A stretch of 64,000 nt of DNA. It comes from Blastocystis sp. Blastoise. Taxonomy: Eukaryota; Protista; Bigyra: Opalinata. The position numbers and the translations under genes are program-made. Under the pieces are notes generated by a model. The model was not told the DNA's origin. It saw only the letters and a list, made by a program, of their open reading frames with translations, and made no database searches. Where the stretch lies: assembly GCA_039096225.1 (NCBI GenBank), contig JBBPEB010000021.1:620001-684000 (forward strand). The letters run 5' to 3'. How positions within the stretch are numbered: position 1 is the stretch's first letter; each line of letters opens with the position of its first letter. Positions 1 through 14,748 of the stretch are shown piece after piece.

Positions 1-821
1 TAATGGGCGCGGGAACAAATGCCGCCAAAATATCAAATCATTTACGTAATTTAATGACAGTATATACAAATAAAAGAATTGATATCAAATATATTAAAAG
101 AATTATGGGTATGGTCTATTTAGGAAAGGTATATATTATTATATATTATTATACTTATGTTTATTATTATATATTATTATAATTATTATTTATATTATTA
201 TTTTTGATTTTTTCACTTATATGTTTTATTTATCATACATTAATAATAATAATTTATATATATAGGGATTATTATCTTTATCTCCTATTCATACAGATCG
301 TCAATTATTATGTCCTACTTCTTTAGCTTGTTTATTATTACCTATATTCTATCAATTATGTACAATAGGTACAGTTCCTTTATATGAAAGTATGTTTTCC
401 TATATGATGTTAGGAGCTGCTTATCCCAGTTGTGTTGCTTTATTTGATGAAAATGATAAAGTTGTGAAATCACTTGTTCGTGTTGGTCAAGCTGTATTTA
501 TTTAATTATATACATATATCTTTACTATATATTAAATTAAATTCTCTTTATATCTCTTGTACTAAAATAATTTCAGTTATTTATTATTAAAATATCACCC
601 TATTCTTTATGAATTTAAACTATATTTATTTATAGGTTGATATCACAGGTGTTGCTGGTAACCCAAGACCTATTTCTGGATTCCAAACCAATGAAGCTCC
701 TCTTCTCATGAACAGTGATGAACGAGCCATCATAGTAGACAATCAAGGTATTCAAGGAATGACTGCATATTTAGAAGGTATTTGCTATGTAAAGAGTGTA
801 GATACAAATCCTAAAAACTAA
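1..821 (+). CDS. RPN1: 26S proteasome regulatory subunit RPN1/PSMD2, 3' part (introns 129-265, 494-635)
   Basis: Spliced translation MGAGTNAAK...MVYLGK|GLLSLSP...VRVGQA|VDITGVAGNPRPISGFQTNEAPLL...TAA(819-821) matches the RPN1 C-terminal motifs GAGTNNAR, GKG.L.L.P and VRVGQAVD..GQAG.P..ITGFQT. Confidence 0.93.
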
Positions 822-1365
822 AAAAAATGATCTTCGTTTAACATTTGGTCATTCGTCTTTTTTTATTTTGTTTTTTATAGCTATAATTTCAAATTTGTTT
901 TGTTCTTATAGTGAGTATAAATATATTATTGTAAAATATATAACGTATATATTTTGAAAAAGAGAAAAACGAAAAATTAAAATAATTGATGACAGTATCT
1001 TCTCTTTTTTTTTTTGGATTTTCTTCCCAATCAATCGAATTCTTTTGTTCTTCATTAGACATCTGTTATAATTACCCTTGAAAAACATGATTTCCCGCGG
1101 AAGTTATCGAGTGATCTGGGGATTCATTTTTCTTCTTTGAAAACGAATTTAGTAGCTGAAGAGAAATATCTTTTCTAGTCGTTATCTTCTTTTTACAAAT
1201 GGTTCTTTTCCAATAAAGATAATAGAGTAACTTTATTACTTACATACTTTAATTATTCAGATGTATTTATTTATATAATTTTCTTATTGTGATCTTTTAT
1301 AGTAAGTGTGAAATCGTTACAATTGTGTTATTTTTGGGATTGTTGATTGTATTGCTGAAGAATCC

Positions 1366-2181
1366 ATGAATCGTAACCAATCTAATGATAGTAAAATACA
1401 AGAAAACTTTGAAAAGATCAAAACTGATAAACTATCAATTGATATGTTTGATTTAGTCAAATGTATTGGACATGGAGCCTACGGGGAAGTAATTCTATTT
1501 AATCATAATACCACTTATATTAATCTTATGTATATTTATATATTTATAGGTTTGGCTAGCGCAAAAGAAACAAAATAATGTTGTATTTGCTATTAAAGTG
1601 ATTAATAAACGAAATGTGATCAAAAGCAATACAATCAAACAAATTCTAACAGAAAAAGAAATCATGCAGGTACGCGCTGATGTTTTTTTATCGTTGACTT
1701 TTTCTATTTGATATCTTTTGCTAAATGTGATGGATATTATTATAACTAATTATATATATATATATAGACTGTGAAGAATCCATTTATTGTTCGATTACGT
1801 TATGCGTTTCAAGATAAAACTCATTTATATTTCGTTCAAGATTATTATAGCGGTGGTGATTTATTTACACTAGTGGAAAAACAACGTTATTACCGATTCT
1901 CTGAAGATCATGCTAAATTTTATATATCTTTATTGTTATTATTATTTTTAAAAATTGTATTCTGTATCTATTTATAATTTCTTAATGAATCTGAACGCTG
2001 CTGAAATCGTCTGTGCTATTGATTATTTACATTCAAAAAATATTATATATCGGGACTTGAAATTAGAGAATATATTATTATGTATGGATGGTCATATTAT
2101 ATTAACTGATTTTGGAATGAGCAAATATATATTAGAAGGTGAACCTCCGTCAACAAGTATGGTTGGAACACCTGAATATAT

Positions 2182-2240
<59 letters not shown>

Positions 2241-2289
2241 TATTTTTATATGTATATATTTATATTATGTTTTATTTCCTTTTTTTTCA

Positions 2290-2323
<34 letters not shown>

Positions 2324-2547
2324 CTCCAGAAATATTGACACATCAGGGACACGGTAAACCTGTCGATTGGTGGGCTTTTGGTATATATATATATATACTT
2401 GTTATGCATTATATATATAACTATAATATATATATATATATACTTGTTATGCATTATATATATAACTATAATATATATATATATATAGGTATATTACTAT
2501 ACCAGTTACTCGTAGGCGTGCTTCCATTTGATGGTGAAACATCCGAA

Positions 2548-2594
<47 letters not shown>

Positions 2595-2828
2595 CTAGGA
2601 AATATTTGCAAAGATTCTTCATAAAACAGTTGTTTTCCCGCCATCTCTATCGTATGAAGCACGTGACCTTCTGAAACGGCTTTTAAATAAGGTATATATA
2701 ACTATATATAACTATATTTAGCTATCTATAACTATGTTTATAACTATATATAACTATATATGTAGAATCCTGATTTACGTCTTTGTTCCCGCGATGGTGC
2801 CCGCGAAATCATGAATCATTCATTCTTT

Positions 2829-2887
<59 letters not shown>

Positions 2888-3163
2888 TACTAACTGGCTA
2901 AGCATTAGTCGTCGTGAAATATCTCCTCCATTGTTTAATAATAATAACCGCGGGAATGCAGATACTATGGATGAAGTGTCGAATTCTATAGGAACACCAT
3001 CAACAATGAATAATCAAGGACAAAATTCTGATTCCCTTGATTATTCTACAAATTCTATGAATACTGTTCCTAAAGGGAAACCGCCAACAGAGCAAAACCC
3101 GCCAAAATCAGGAGTTCAAAATCAAAACATTGTCTCCGTTTTAAGTACTAATAAAGTATATAT

Positions 3164-3194
<31 letters not shown>

Positions 3195-3490
3195 ATTAGT
3201 ATTCCAGGTCACAAGATGTTTTCGCTCAATTTTCCCCCCTTGTCGAAGGAACAGAAAAGTATATATAAACATAACTATATATAACTATATATACCTATAT
3301 AATTATATATATAGAAATACTTTGAAAACGTTATTATCTTGTTTATTTTTAACATGGTTTAAATATGATAATGAAGAAAAAACATGGATATATTTATTAA
3401 GAAATAATCGTGGGAATATATTACCTGAAGGAACACCTATAGATATTCACGGCGATTTAATAATAAGAAATGGTCATTCCGATATTAGTC

Positions 3491-3524
<34 letters not shown>

Positions 3525-3989
3525 TTATATATAGTATAATTCTCTTAAAGAATTACTGAATATAATTACTGATGAAAAATATGATGTGAATAATATTTAT
3601 GGAATTATCGATAAATGCCGGTATAATCTAGATATTCCCGCGATTTTATTCGAAGGAAATCAATGTTCATGTAAATGGACTATAGACGTGTATTTATATA
3701 TATATATATAATTATATAAGTATATATATAGTATTCAAGAGACTACCTTAAGAGTTGGAGAGGGAGAAATTCAATTAATTTATAATGATGATTATGAAAT
3801 TCAAGAATTGAATATTCGCGGGGAATTCTCATTTCCTACATACTTTAAAGGAATTAATGATGACATTGGAATCAATAAAGTATATAAAGAATTATATATA
3901 TATATATATATATATCAATCTATAGGAACGATTATATATGTATATATATTCGCAAATAAAATCTCTATCACTTCCTTATTTATATGAAC

Positions 3990-4031
<42 letters not shown>

Positions 4032-5400
4032 GATTTCGAGTCCATTTGGGGTGAGAATATACAGTTATTCTTGCATACGAAGAATCTATATACATATAAT
4101 AGTATATATATATAATATATATATACATCTTCTTATGAATAGAAATAAGATATATATATATGTATATATAGATATATATAGTTTATTGAAGGATATTGAT
4201 ACGGGAATGATAAAAAAACCAGGCGAAGTACTTAATATTCAACAAATAAATAAAAATCAAGTATATATATAATAAAACACTTTTTAAAGTATATTCAATG
4301 CATATATAATAATAATAATATTATTATATATAGATACGTTATACATTTAAAATAATTGGAACACAATTTGGACCTCTTTTTGGAGAACCTGATACTATTC
4401 CTAGTATATATATATATATATATGATAATATATATATATTATTTACTATAGATACAAATCCAGTACTACCTTCTTCTTCTTCTTCTCTTCCCCAGTGTTA
4501 TATAAGTGGATATATATATATAAATTATACACAAACATCACTTGTTTCTATTAATGGAGATCTTTATATCTATAAAGATATTTGTGTTCCTGAGTCACAT
4601 GTCAATCTTCTACTGGTATATATATATATCTAATAATAGTACATTTTATTAGGATTTATGGAAAGTTATTGAGAATAGTATTCCAACAATGCCCCTCCTT
4701 TCTCAAACGGACTTACTGACTCTATATAATACAATGGTCAGTCATATTCCTATTCCTATCCCCTCTCTATCCTTTGTATATATATATATATAATTATTAT
4801 TATTAATATAATAATAAGAATAAGTATAAGTATAAGAAAATATTAAATATGATAATAATTATAATAATTATAAACAAATTATTATTCTTAGAATAATATA
4901 ATACCAATATATATACATGTATTACAAGATTTCATTATATATATAGATAACCTTTATTTGTATGTATATGTCATTAATTCTCCATTCATTCAGCTCACGT
5001 GATATTGCTGTTAATTATGTAACGGCATTTTATTATACATTCAAAGGAAGAGAAGAAACAGTATATATGCTATTATTATTATTATTAAATTATTGTTATT
5101 ATTATAATATATTATATTAATATATTATTTAATATTATATAGCCATTACAACAATGGTTTTTAGTTCGTTCTTTTATTTGTAAATTAATTGATAATTTAT
5201 TTACTACAAATGCTGGTCAAGTTAAATCACATTTGTATATATATATAGAGTATTATATATTTTTGATATAGTTTATTTCATACTTTATATATAATACTAA
5301 AACTATTAATATATATTACAATATATATAGTGAAATACTATTTAATTGGATTGAATCACAACTTCTTCAAATTTATTTTAAAACTCCAATTTTATTATAA
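1366..5400 (+). CDS. AGC-family Ser/Thr kinase (PKB/S6K-like) with a long C-terminal extension, about 20 introns
   Basis: Intact kinase motifs across exons: IGHGAYGE|[22 protein letters not shown]|APE, VDWWAF|G. Downstream exons splice in frame to TAA 5398-5400. The start codon is uncertain (possible upstream intron near 1227-1302). Confidence 0.88.
1924..1996 (+). other. U12-type AT-AC intron (73 nt, phase 0) in the AGC kinase
   Basis: 5' ATATCTTT, branch TTCTTAAT at 1979-1986, 3' AAC. Removal restores HAKFY|AAEIV; no GT-AG solution gives this. Confidence 0.92.
2833..2886 (+). repeat. 54-nt intron consisting of G(TA)26G
   Basis: aaag|gtatata...tatag|gtac; removal gives HSFFKGTNW, the typical AGC tail H.FF..+.W. 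Confidence 0.9.
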
Positions 5401-6818
5401 ACATATATATATATGTAAATCAATAAAAAAATAATTACATATAATTATATATATATAAATTTATTGAAATGTATATAGTACTCTGGATTCTTGAATATTG
5501 TTTTTCAGCATATATTTATACTTATCATTATTATTATATTGTCATCATCATATATCGTTTTTATTATCTCAAATATCAATGCTTTATATATATCAATTCT
5601 TTGATATTATTTTTAGTACTATTTTTATATGTTTTATCATATTGTATTCTTTAGTATTTATGCTAAATATATATTCTTTATTGCGTTACCAAAGTGAATA
5701 GTTTTGCAAAGAAAAATATTTAAGAATATAGATTCTATTACTAAAGAACAAGATATTATAAATCATTATTTATATACTATTATTAAGATATGAATTAAAA
5801 AATGATTAAACAATAATATTTGCTATTATTAATAGATTTATGAATACTTTATTAAAATAAAAGCTACAAATAATAGATATATCTATATGCAGTATTTTAG
5901 TTGTCTTTAGATAGTATATTGTTAATATTATAAAAGTCAATTATAGAATGGATACTAGTATAATCATATGATAAAAATGGTTAATATATTCTTTTTAAGG
6001 ATCATCTTGTTTATATTCTAGTTATTGTATTAAAAATTGATCATACTGACAGTAATTCATAAAACATTGAATTATATATTTTATCAATTATTGTCTGAAA
6101 ATATCAAAACAAAATATTGGAGTTGAATCTCGAACAATAAAAAGTGATAGATAATTATATTGCAATTGAAAGATATATATATATATATTAAATAAAGAAG
6201 ATATATAAAATGAGTATCAAGAATTCTATGAATAAAAAAACTTGATAGAATTATGTTTTGAGTAATAAGAGGAGATATATCAAGAAAGAAAACAGCAAGA
6301 TATATCTATAGTGATTTGGGAATAAGAAAAATGAAATATTGTATGATGATAATAGTATTATTAATTATATAATGTTTCTATATGTATATAAATAATAAGA
6401 ATAATAATAGATATTGATATGAAAATATATATGATATATAGGTAATATAGATATAGTTACATAATATATAAAAATAAAGGAATATCATCATAAAAAATTA
6501 ATAAAAAAATATATAAAATGCATATAAATCTCTATTTCAAAAGAAAGTATAATATGAAAGAGAATAGAATATATAAAATATGAATAGTTATTAGTATGTT
6601 TATATAAAAGAGAATATGTAAATGTATTAACGTAATTTTTATTAATAATTAAATACAAAGAAATTTATTATATGTAAACAATGTAAAATTAAATATATAT
6701 ATATATATATATTGAAAAAAGATTTATATATGAGTTAAAGAAAATATATATGAAATTTAAAATGTAAAAATATCATAATAAATAAAAGAGATGTGTATAA
6801 AATAAATAATGAAATGAT

Positions 6819-9800
6819 TTAAGAAGGTTCACTATAATCGTTATATTTATAGGGAGATAATACTTCAACTAATCATAGTATTCTATTATATTTAGTGGTA
6901 CAGAATTTCAACTGAAGTATAACTAAAAGGAATTTTTTTCTTTAATTGATTTTTTAATACATCTTCATCAAAATAACTGGAAAGTGTTGCGCTTTCAACT
7001 AAAACTTCATTTGGTAAATTTAAAATAAAAACTAAAACTGATTTACTACCATTTGAATCTACACCAACGTTATTTAATTGAGATAAGGGAACTTTACTAG
7101 ATATCAAAATAGATCTATATATAGATATCAATATATCAGGTTGAATCATTTTTTGTGGGAAGCCATCGAAAGCAAATCCCAATGCTTTTATATTTCCATC
7201 TGGCATTTTTACTGTTCTTATAGGAACTATAACATAACTTAATTGAACTTGTTTACAGAAATATGTTGTACTATAAGTTTTTTGATCATGTCCAACCATG
7301 AATGAACGATAATTATTCAATTCAATATCTTTATAGTGGTCATCAGAATAGAGACAGTATTCTTTATCAGCATATAAAGTAGCATGACTATTAAGAAGAG
7401 AAGAAGAAGAACTGAATGGAGTATTTTGATAATTCGTGATTGAATTCATAAATAATTGTCTTTTAGAAGAAGAATCAGAAGAATAGAAATCTCTATTTGA
7501 ACCATAATAAACATGAAGAAGAAGAGAAGTAATGGAATCATCACCAGTTATATAATCTGTGGTTAGAAGAAGATCTGTAAGTTGATATTTAAAAGTATTT
7601 ACAAAGGTTCTTGCTAAAGATTCTAATAAAGAATAAATATCATCAATAGTTGTCATTAATTGCATAGAATAATCTAATGATTCTAAAGCTTTACCAGGAA
7701 TAGAAACTGGTTTAGGATCTATATAATGATAATAATATAATATTGACATAATAATGATATAATAAATATTAATATAATAATAAATATTAATATAATAATA
7801 AATAATAATATAATAATAAATAATAAATAATAATAAATAATAATATAATAATAAATAATAATATAATAATAAATAATAATATAATAATAAATATTAATAT
7901 AATAATAAACATAATAATAATAATAAAATATACAACAAAGATCTTTATGAATATCATTAGACCATGTAGGTGTATTAGATATATAATCACATAAGACATG
8001 ATAATAACCATATTGATTGTCATTAGTACAATTAACAGCAGCATTCTTCAATATATCAGTTTCAGGATATAAATAGGAATCAATAGTAATAGCAGGACAA
8101 GTAGCACCACTAGGATAACATTTATTATTAATAACAACTTCATTTTCATTACAAGGAGTACATAAATAATTATTACCATTTAATGAAGTTACATAACCAT
8201 TTATACACTCTATACATTCATTACCATTATAATATGTAGTACCAGTACAAGGAGTAGAAGTAAATATACATTCATTAGTATTAGGTTCTTCCCATTTACC
8301 TTTATTATTACAATATCTATGTTGATTATTTATATATCCTTGAGGACAAGGAAGAGAAGCAGTAGAATCAGAGTTAGTTTCTGGCCAATTATTATCAGCT
8401 AAACATGGTATATCCGTAACTGTAATAGAGATTTGATATAAGTCAACAATAGTGCCTTCATTATTAGTATAAGAGAGAGTATAAGTAGTTAAAGGAGATA
8501 CACTAGTAGGAGTACCATAGATTCTTTGAGTTACAGAATCTATCATAATACCATCAGGAAGAGAAAGGGAACTTGTGATAACAGTATTAAGAGAATCTAT
8601 TGAATAATATTGTTCATAGAAATTATTCTTTTTAATAATAATATTTGTTTCTTCAAAATATAATTCAGAAGGATTCATCTTTATACATGTTGCATCACCT
8701 TCAATTTCTTGTAATGTGTCATCTACACATAAACATTTTGCATTACTAGTATATCCTTTAGGACAAATCTTATAAGAATATTTATTTAATCTAGCTGAAG
8801 ACCATTCATTATCTACACAACCATGATAATCATTATCATAGTATTCTAGTTCATTTAGAATAGTCATAATTTCACTTTTACTCTCAGTAATTTCTGTATC
8901 TATTCCACATTTTGTAATTCTCATACGATATGAATTATAACATTTATTTAAATATAATGTCTCCTTATAATATTTATTCATACTCATTTTATCCATTAAA
9001 AATACTTCATCCCATTTTGCACCATTATTATTACTTCCTTCTATTACAATAGATTCAGGACTATATGATATACTCATATCATGGTTATAATATAAATAAA
9101 AAGATTTTATATCTATGCATGTTTCATCATTATATGTATAGGTGAATATAGTATTTGAACATTTATTAAGTACTTTTGTGAACGTATTATCATTATTATC
9201 ATATAAATTACTTAATAGATATTCAGGATCAGCTTCAGCATTAATAGACCACCAACCCTCTACTGATAAATTTCCTTGATGAATAAAACTAATTGTTATT
9301 GAAAATCCATTATTTGGTTGAATAATATTATTATATCTATGTATTTCAATCGCAATAACATTATCACCTATAAGACGTATATTTGGATCAATAAAAGTAC
9401 TGATAGCAGTTCTAAATGATTTATATTCATTATATTCAGAGCTAGCTAATGTATTGTATTCTACATTATCACCATTATCCATATTTACTCTTCTTAGTTC
9501 ATAACCATTTATATATATGATCATGCCAGCATAGGTAGATACAGTTATATCTAATGTATAATCTGTATATATTGCTTCATCTATAATATAATGCATTCTA
9601 TAATATTGAGTAATACTATCATTAGGAACATCAGGAAGAGAAGAAGAAGAAGGAACAGTAGACCATAAATTATCATTAAATAGATTCGTAGTCCAATGTT
9701 TAGGAGGAGTTATATTATCATAAGAATAAGTTATGGGCATTTTAGATGCATCAGCAAATTGATTGAAATTCAAATAACCATTATTATTCTGATCAAATTC

Positions 9801-12800
9801 ACTATAATATTTATTATTAACATAAATATGTGATACTGAATTTGATTCACCATACTGAATAGACATAGATAAAGAATATATTGATGGAGATAAACATAAA
9901 TTATAGTCTTCTGAACTTCTTTCAGAGATATGATATATTCTTTTTGGTAACCGAATTGCAGCAATATCTTTTAAAAGAACTCTGTAAATAGCTTCTTGTT
10001 CATATTCAAACTGGATATTAACAAAATTATTAGGAAATTGACATGATTGAATGGAAATAGTTAATGTATATTCATATGATGTACCAATTACAGACGTAGC
10101 ATGTATAGTATATATATTATCGCCATTTTCACCATGAATAATACCATATATAGAACCAGTATTAGTATTAAAAGTTATTCCATCAGGAAGAGAAGGAGTA
10201 ATAGTAAAATCACGATAATATTCCGAATTAGTAAATGATATAGTTATAGTTGTATTATCATAAGCTATATAAGGATTAGAAGAAGTAGATAAAGAAGGTA
10301 ATGTATCAGAAGTAATATCATCGACGAATAATTCAATTTCAGATATATAATAATCATTCTTAGCTTTATTAATTATATTATTCGTTAATGTAAATTCTAA
10401 TTGATTGATTCCTGTGGTGACATCTGACAAGAAGAAACATTTTCTTCTTGGATCATTACTTGATGTAAATGCATCGGATACGACTGAATGTTCATGACGA
10501 TTACCATTTATATCTATAGATTCTACTTTCCATGACTTTGGAACATAAAGAATGTTGCTACTATCATAAGATATACAATATCTATTTATATATTTATATC
10601 CATCTTTAATTGCTATGGATAATATAGGATTTGTATTATCTGATTGGCCTGTGACAGACACAGACGAATCAATGTTTAAGTCTACAACAGAATCAGGATT
10701 ACTAACGCTTGAATCATTAGTGACTGTTACCTCATAATTACCATAAACTGGAAGATTATTATCTACAACCATTAGAAGAGAAGCATCAAAGGATATATCA
10801 ATAGTATGTTGCTTATCAAATAGTAATACAGAAATAGTAATAATTCCTTGATTGTCAAATAGAGAGAGAGGACCTGTTGCTGTTTGATCTATAATAGTAG
10901 AGGCATCTGTTGAGTCTAAATAGCCATCTATAAATCCATATACAGCAAGTTCATGATTATTTATATAGATTTTTGAATTCGATAATGTTTTATAGTTTAA
11001 TATAAAATATTTTTGATTAACAATAGAAGGAGTATTAATAGTTTTACGGAATACAAAATATTGATTCGTGGCAGTAGGAGTGATAGCAGTGACACCATTA
11101 GCAGTAGACCAAGTAGAATCATCAATAGAAGATCCATACCATTCTGTAGGTAAAGAATCATAAGAATTATATTTCCATTCAGATTTCATTAACATAGAAT
11201 GAATTGTATTAACATAATGTGTTTCATGAGATTTATACATAGTTCTCATTCTAGTGGCAATAATAGATGTGCTACTAAGATCATCTATGACATATAGTGT
11301 CATAATTGAGTCTTCATTCCAAACACCACTAGTTTCTTTTATTAATTCAAATGACCAAGTACCTACAGGACCATAATAATCATAATTTTGATCTAAATAA
11401 TCATTTTGAATTAAAGTAGTAATTATATTTCCATCTTCTGATTTAATTATGACTTTTTCATAAGAAGCATCATATCCTGTAATTCTATTCACACGTATAT
11501 GTGCACAATTAGTAGGATTACAAAATATTTGAAGATTAAATGTATAAGTATTTGAAGAGCTACCATCTTCATCATTAGTATAAGAAAGAGTATATTCAGT
11601 AGTTATGACTTCTTTAGGAGTACCAGATAGAATACATTCAGAAAGTTTTAAGCCAGTAGGTAAATCAGAAGATAGAACACAATTCGATATTGTCAGAGAT
11701 AATAAAACAGGGAAATCAATAAATTCATTATCTAAAAAAACGGACATAGCGTATGTAGGGATATCTTGTAATCTTCTAGAAGCAAGCATAGAGAGAGTAT
11801 CCATAGAATCTATAATATATATATACTATTAATGTATTTTTATATATGTATATACCTTTAGAATTTGTAATATAGGTAAGAGCATCAAAAGAAGAAAGAA
11901 GTTCAGGATAATCAGCAGTAGTATGTAATTCAATAGCTATTTTTAATATAGTAAGAGAAGTTGAAGAACCAAATAATTCTTTAGGAACTATAATATGTTT
12001 ATAAGTAGGAACATCTTCAAGAGACTGAGAAGGAGTATTTTCATTGATTTTAGAAGATCTATAAATAAATAATATATAAATAAAATAGATATATATAAAA
12101 GATATATATAAAAGATATATATAAAAGATATAAAAAAATAAATATAAAAAAAAATAAATATAAATAAAAAGATATTTATAAAATAGATATATAAATTTAA
12201 TACACTAAACATACTCATGTAATAAATAAGTAAACACTTGAATTCCATTCACATAAACAATAAATCCATTTTGACTTTGAATAGATAATTGAAGATCAGT
12301 AAATGAATCATCTACAGTTATATCCTTTCTAAAATAAGTAGTAATTCCAGAATTCTTAATATCTTTATTCTTATAGTCTTCACCCCATTCTTCTATCTTA
12401 CTTTCCTTCCAAGAAGCAGCATCAACAGAAGTAGAATATCTCCAATTCATTCTTGAATCAAGAATTGAAGATACTATATAATAATATATATTAGATTAAG
12501 AGATAAGAAAACATATAAATAGATATTAAAAGTATTAATATATATATTAAAAATATATATATAATTAAAAGTATAGAAATATATAATATACATATAAAAA
12601 TAAGTTAAAAAATAATTGATACATATAAAAAAGTTAAAGAAATAAAAATTACATACAGTTAAACTTAATCACTTTCTTTCCATTACCATCTTTATTCAGA
12701 CTTGTTTTCACAAGAATGATTTCGTTATATGTCAACGTTATTAGCGATCCATCAGCCCACGTAGGAGAGTTCCTATAAAAATAACAATAAAAAACAAATA

Positions 12801-13143
12801 ATTACATTTATATACTTTGATAACAATTCTAGATTATAATCAGTATGTCCATCGATACAGACTTTATAATCAACAACTGTATCTTGAGAAGCAACAGATT
12901 CATCATTAAAAGCAAGAGTATTTCTTAAATTGGCAGAATCACCAGAATAAAGTTGAACGATCTCACCAGCATTCTTTGCATAATAACGCTTGACAATGAT
13001 TTCGTGTTCATCAGAAGAACAAGCTTGAACATCTAAAAAGATATATTAAAGTAGTTGAATGAAGCATTTTTAAGTATTGTGAAATAAAAAAACTTACATA
13101 ATAGTGTAAATACACAGTAAACAATGAATTGAAGTATAATCAT
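6819..13143 (-). CDS. Giant secreted/surface protein (about 1,800-1,900 aa) with repeated beta-sandwich and putative Ig modules plus a Cys-rich region
   Basis: Signal peptide MIILQFIVYCVFTLL. Putative-Ig repeats LPTGL, LPDGITFNTNTGSIYG, LPDGIMID...IYGTP. Recurring W..../YINN-YING/IAIEIH sugar-binding-like modules. Cys-rich WPETN...CPQGY...YC...W. GT-AG introns. The 3' end is either TAA 6892 or, via a final small intron, TAA 6819. Confidence 0.82.
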
Positions 13144-14748
13144 AATATAAACAAAATATTTTATAATAAAATAATAATAAAATAATCTATTTTTATATGA
13201 AAGATCTTGATATACGGAGAATCTCAGAAAAGGAGAAAATTATTTTTAATAATTTCATATAGAGAAAAGACAACAATGTCGATGGAGATAATTGGTTTAT
13301 ATCAGGATATAAGCCATTTTATTGGTCTATTGTTAGCCATTCATTTTAGAACCAAATTTGTTTGGAAATTTTGTTTTTCTAAATTCTGAGAAATCATGAT
13401 TATAATAGATATTCAGGTAATTTGTCCACTTTGTTTTTGGTTAAAATCTTTATTAATTCCAACGTGCCATTTTTTCTCCTGATTGTATTATAGCTAACAT
13501 TACACCATTATGTTTATATCAAAAGATACAAAAAGTTGACCACTTTTGTTACTCAATTTACTCTTAAAAAAATTGGTTTTTAAAGATATTATTTGTTATG
13601 CAAAATTCTTATATTGTCATTAATGGAATTCACGAACTAATAATTGTTTGTTCCTGTAGCAACTATACTTGGTTAGATGGTTTTTTAAAAAATATTTCTA
13701 GTTTTCATTAGAAAATCCATTATAATGCTATATAAAGATAATAATAATGCATGCCTATATACTCATTCACAGATATAATAAAAATGCACTTGAATCAATC
13801 ATTTTATGCCAATTATAATCTTGGTGTTCTCTTTCATAGATTTTATACATTGATTTTATATTATTTAATGGCTGTAAACATTCTTCATTTATTTTTCATG
13901 ACAATATTTCTGTAACAATCAAAATCGTTATTTATGACAGCTATATTTACGTATTATTTAGTTAGTTTGTTGTTCAGTACGAGATACTCTATTTAAGAAT
14001 CACAAAATAGATGGTTTATTTCCATATTTCACCTAAATGATTATAGAATTGTGTATAATTTGTAATATATAAATGGCAACTCGACATAATAAAAACCATG
14101 ATACTACTTGAATTCATTATTTTCGTTCTCACGAATGAATATGAGAAAAATAAGATAAATAGGCATCACAACAATTTTCAGACTAAATCTGAATTTACCT
14201 GAATTCTAATTGTTTATAAAAAATATATAATTAGTGCTTATGATGATGAATATATATAGACATATCAAAAACAATATAAGAATAAATACGCGAATACAAC
14301 AATAATCAATGAGGAACGTTTTAAAAAAAAGAAATGTATATATATATATATATATAAATAACTATTTTTATAACATGGTGTTTTGAATATAAACTTTTAA
14401 AATAGTAATAAAAATATTTTAATAAAATTTGCAAATGTACATAAATTATATAATAAAAATAGAAAATATGTAAATATGCATAGAATGAAGAGAATTGTAT
14501 ATAAAATCTAAAAATATATGAAAGAAAACAATAAAAAATATTTATAGAATAAACAACAGAATAAAAAATAATTTGATATAAGTATAAATATAATAATGTA
14601 GTAAGAAAAAATAGTAATAAAAAGCATAAATAATTAAATATATATATATATATATTAATAATTTATGAAATAATGATTAATTATATATATATATATATAT
14701 ATTAATAATATAAGAAATGATAATTAACAACTTATATATATATATATA

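Noticed and set aside
13150-14740. Longer intergenic stretches (also 5400-6800, 53200-55400, 59400-60500) as possible mobile elements or ncRNA genes
   Set aside because: No terminal repeats, transposase/RT motifs, or recognisable tRNA/snRNA structure visible by eye; an Infernal/RepeatModeler run would be needed to exclude them.
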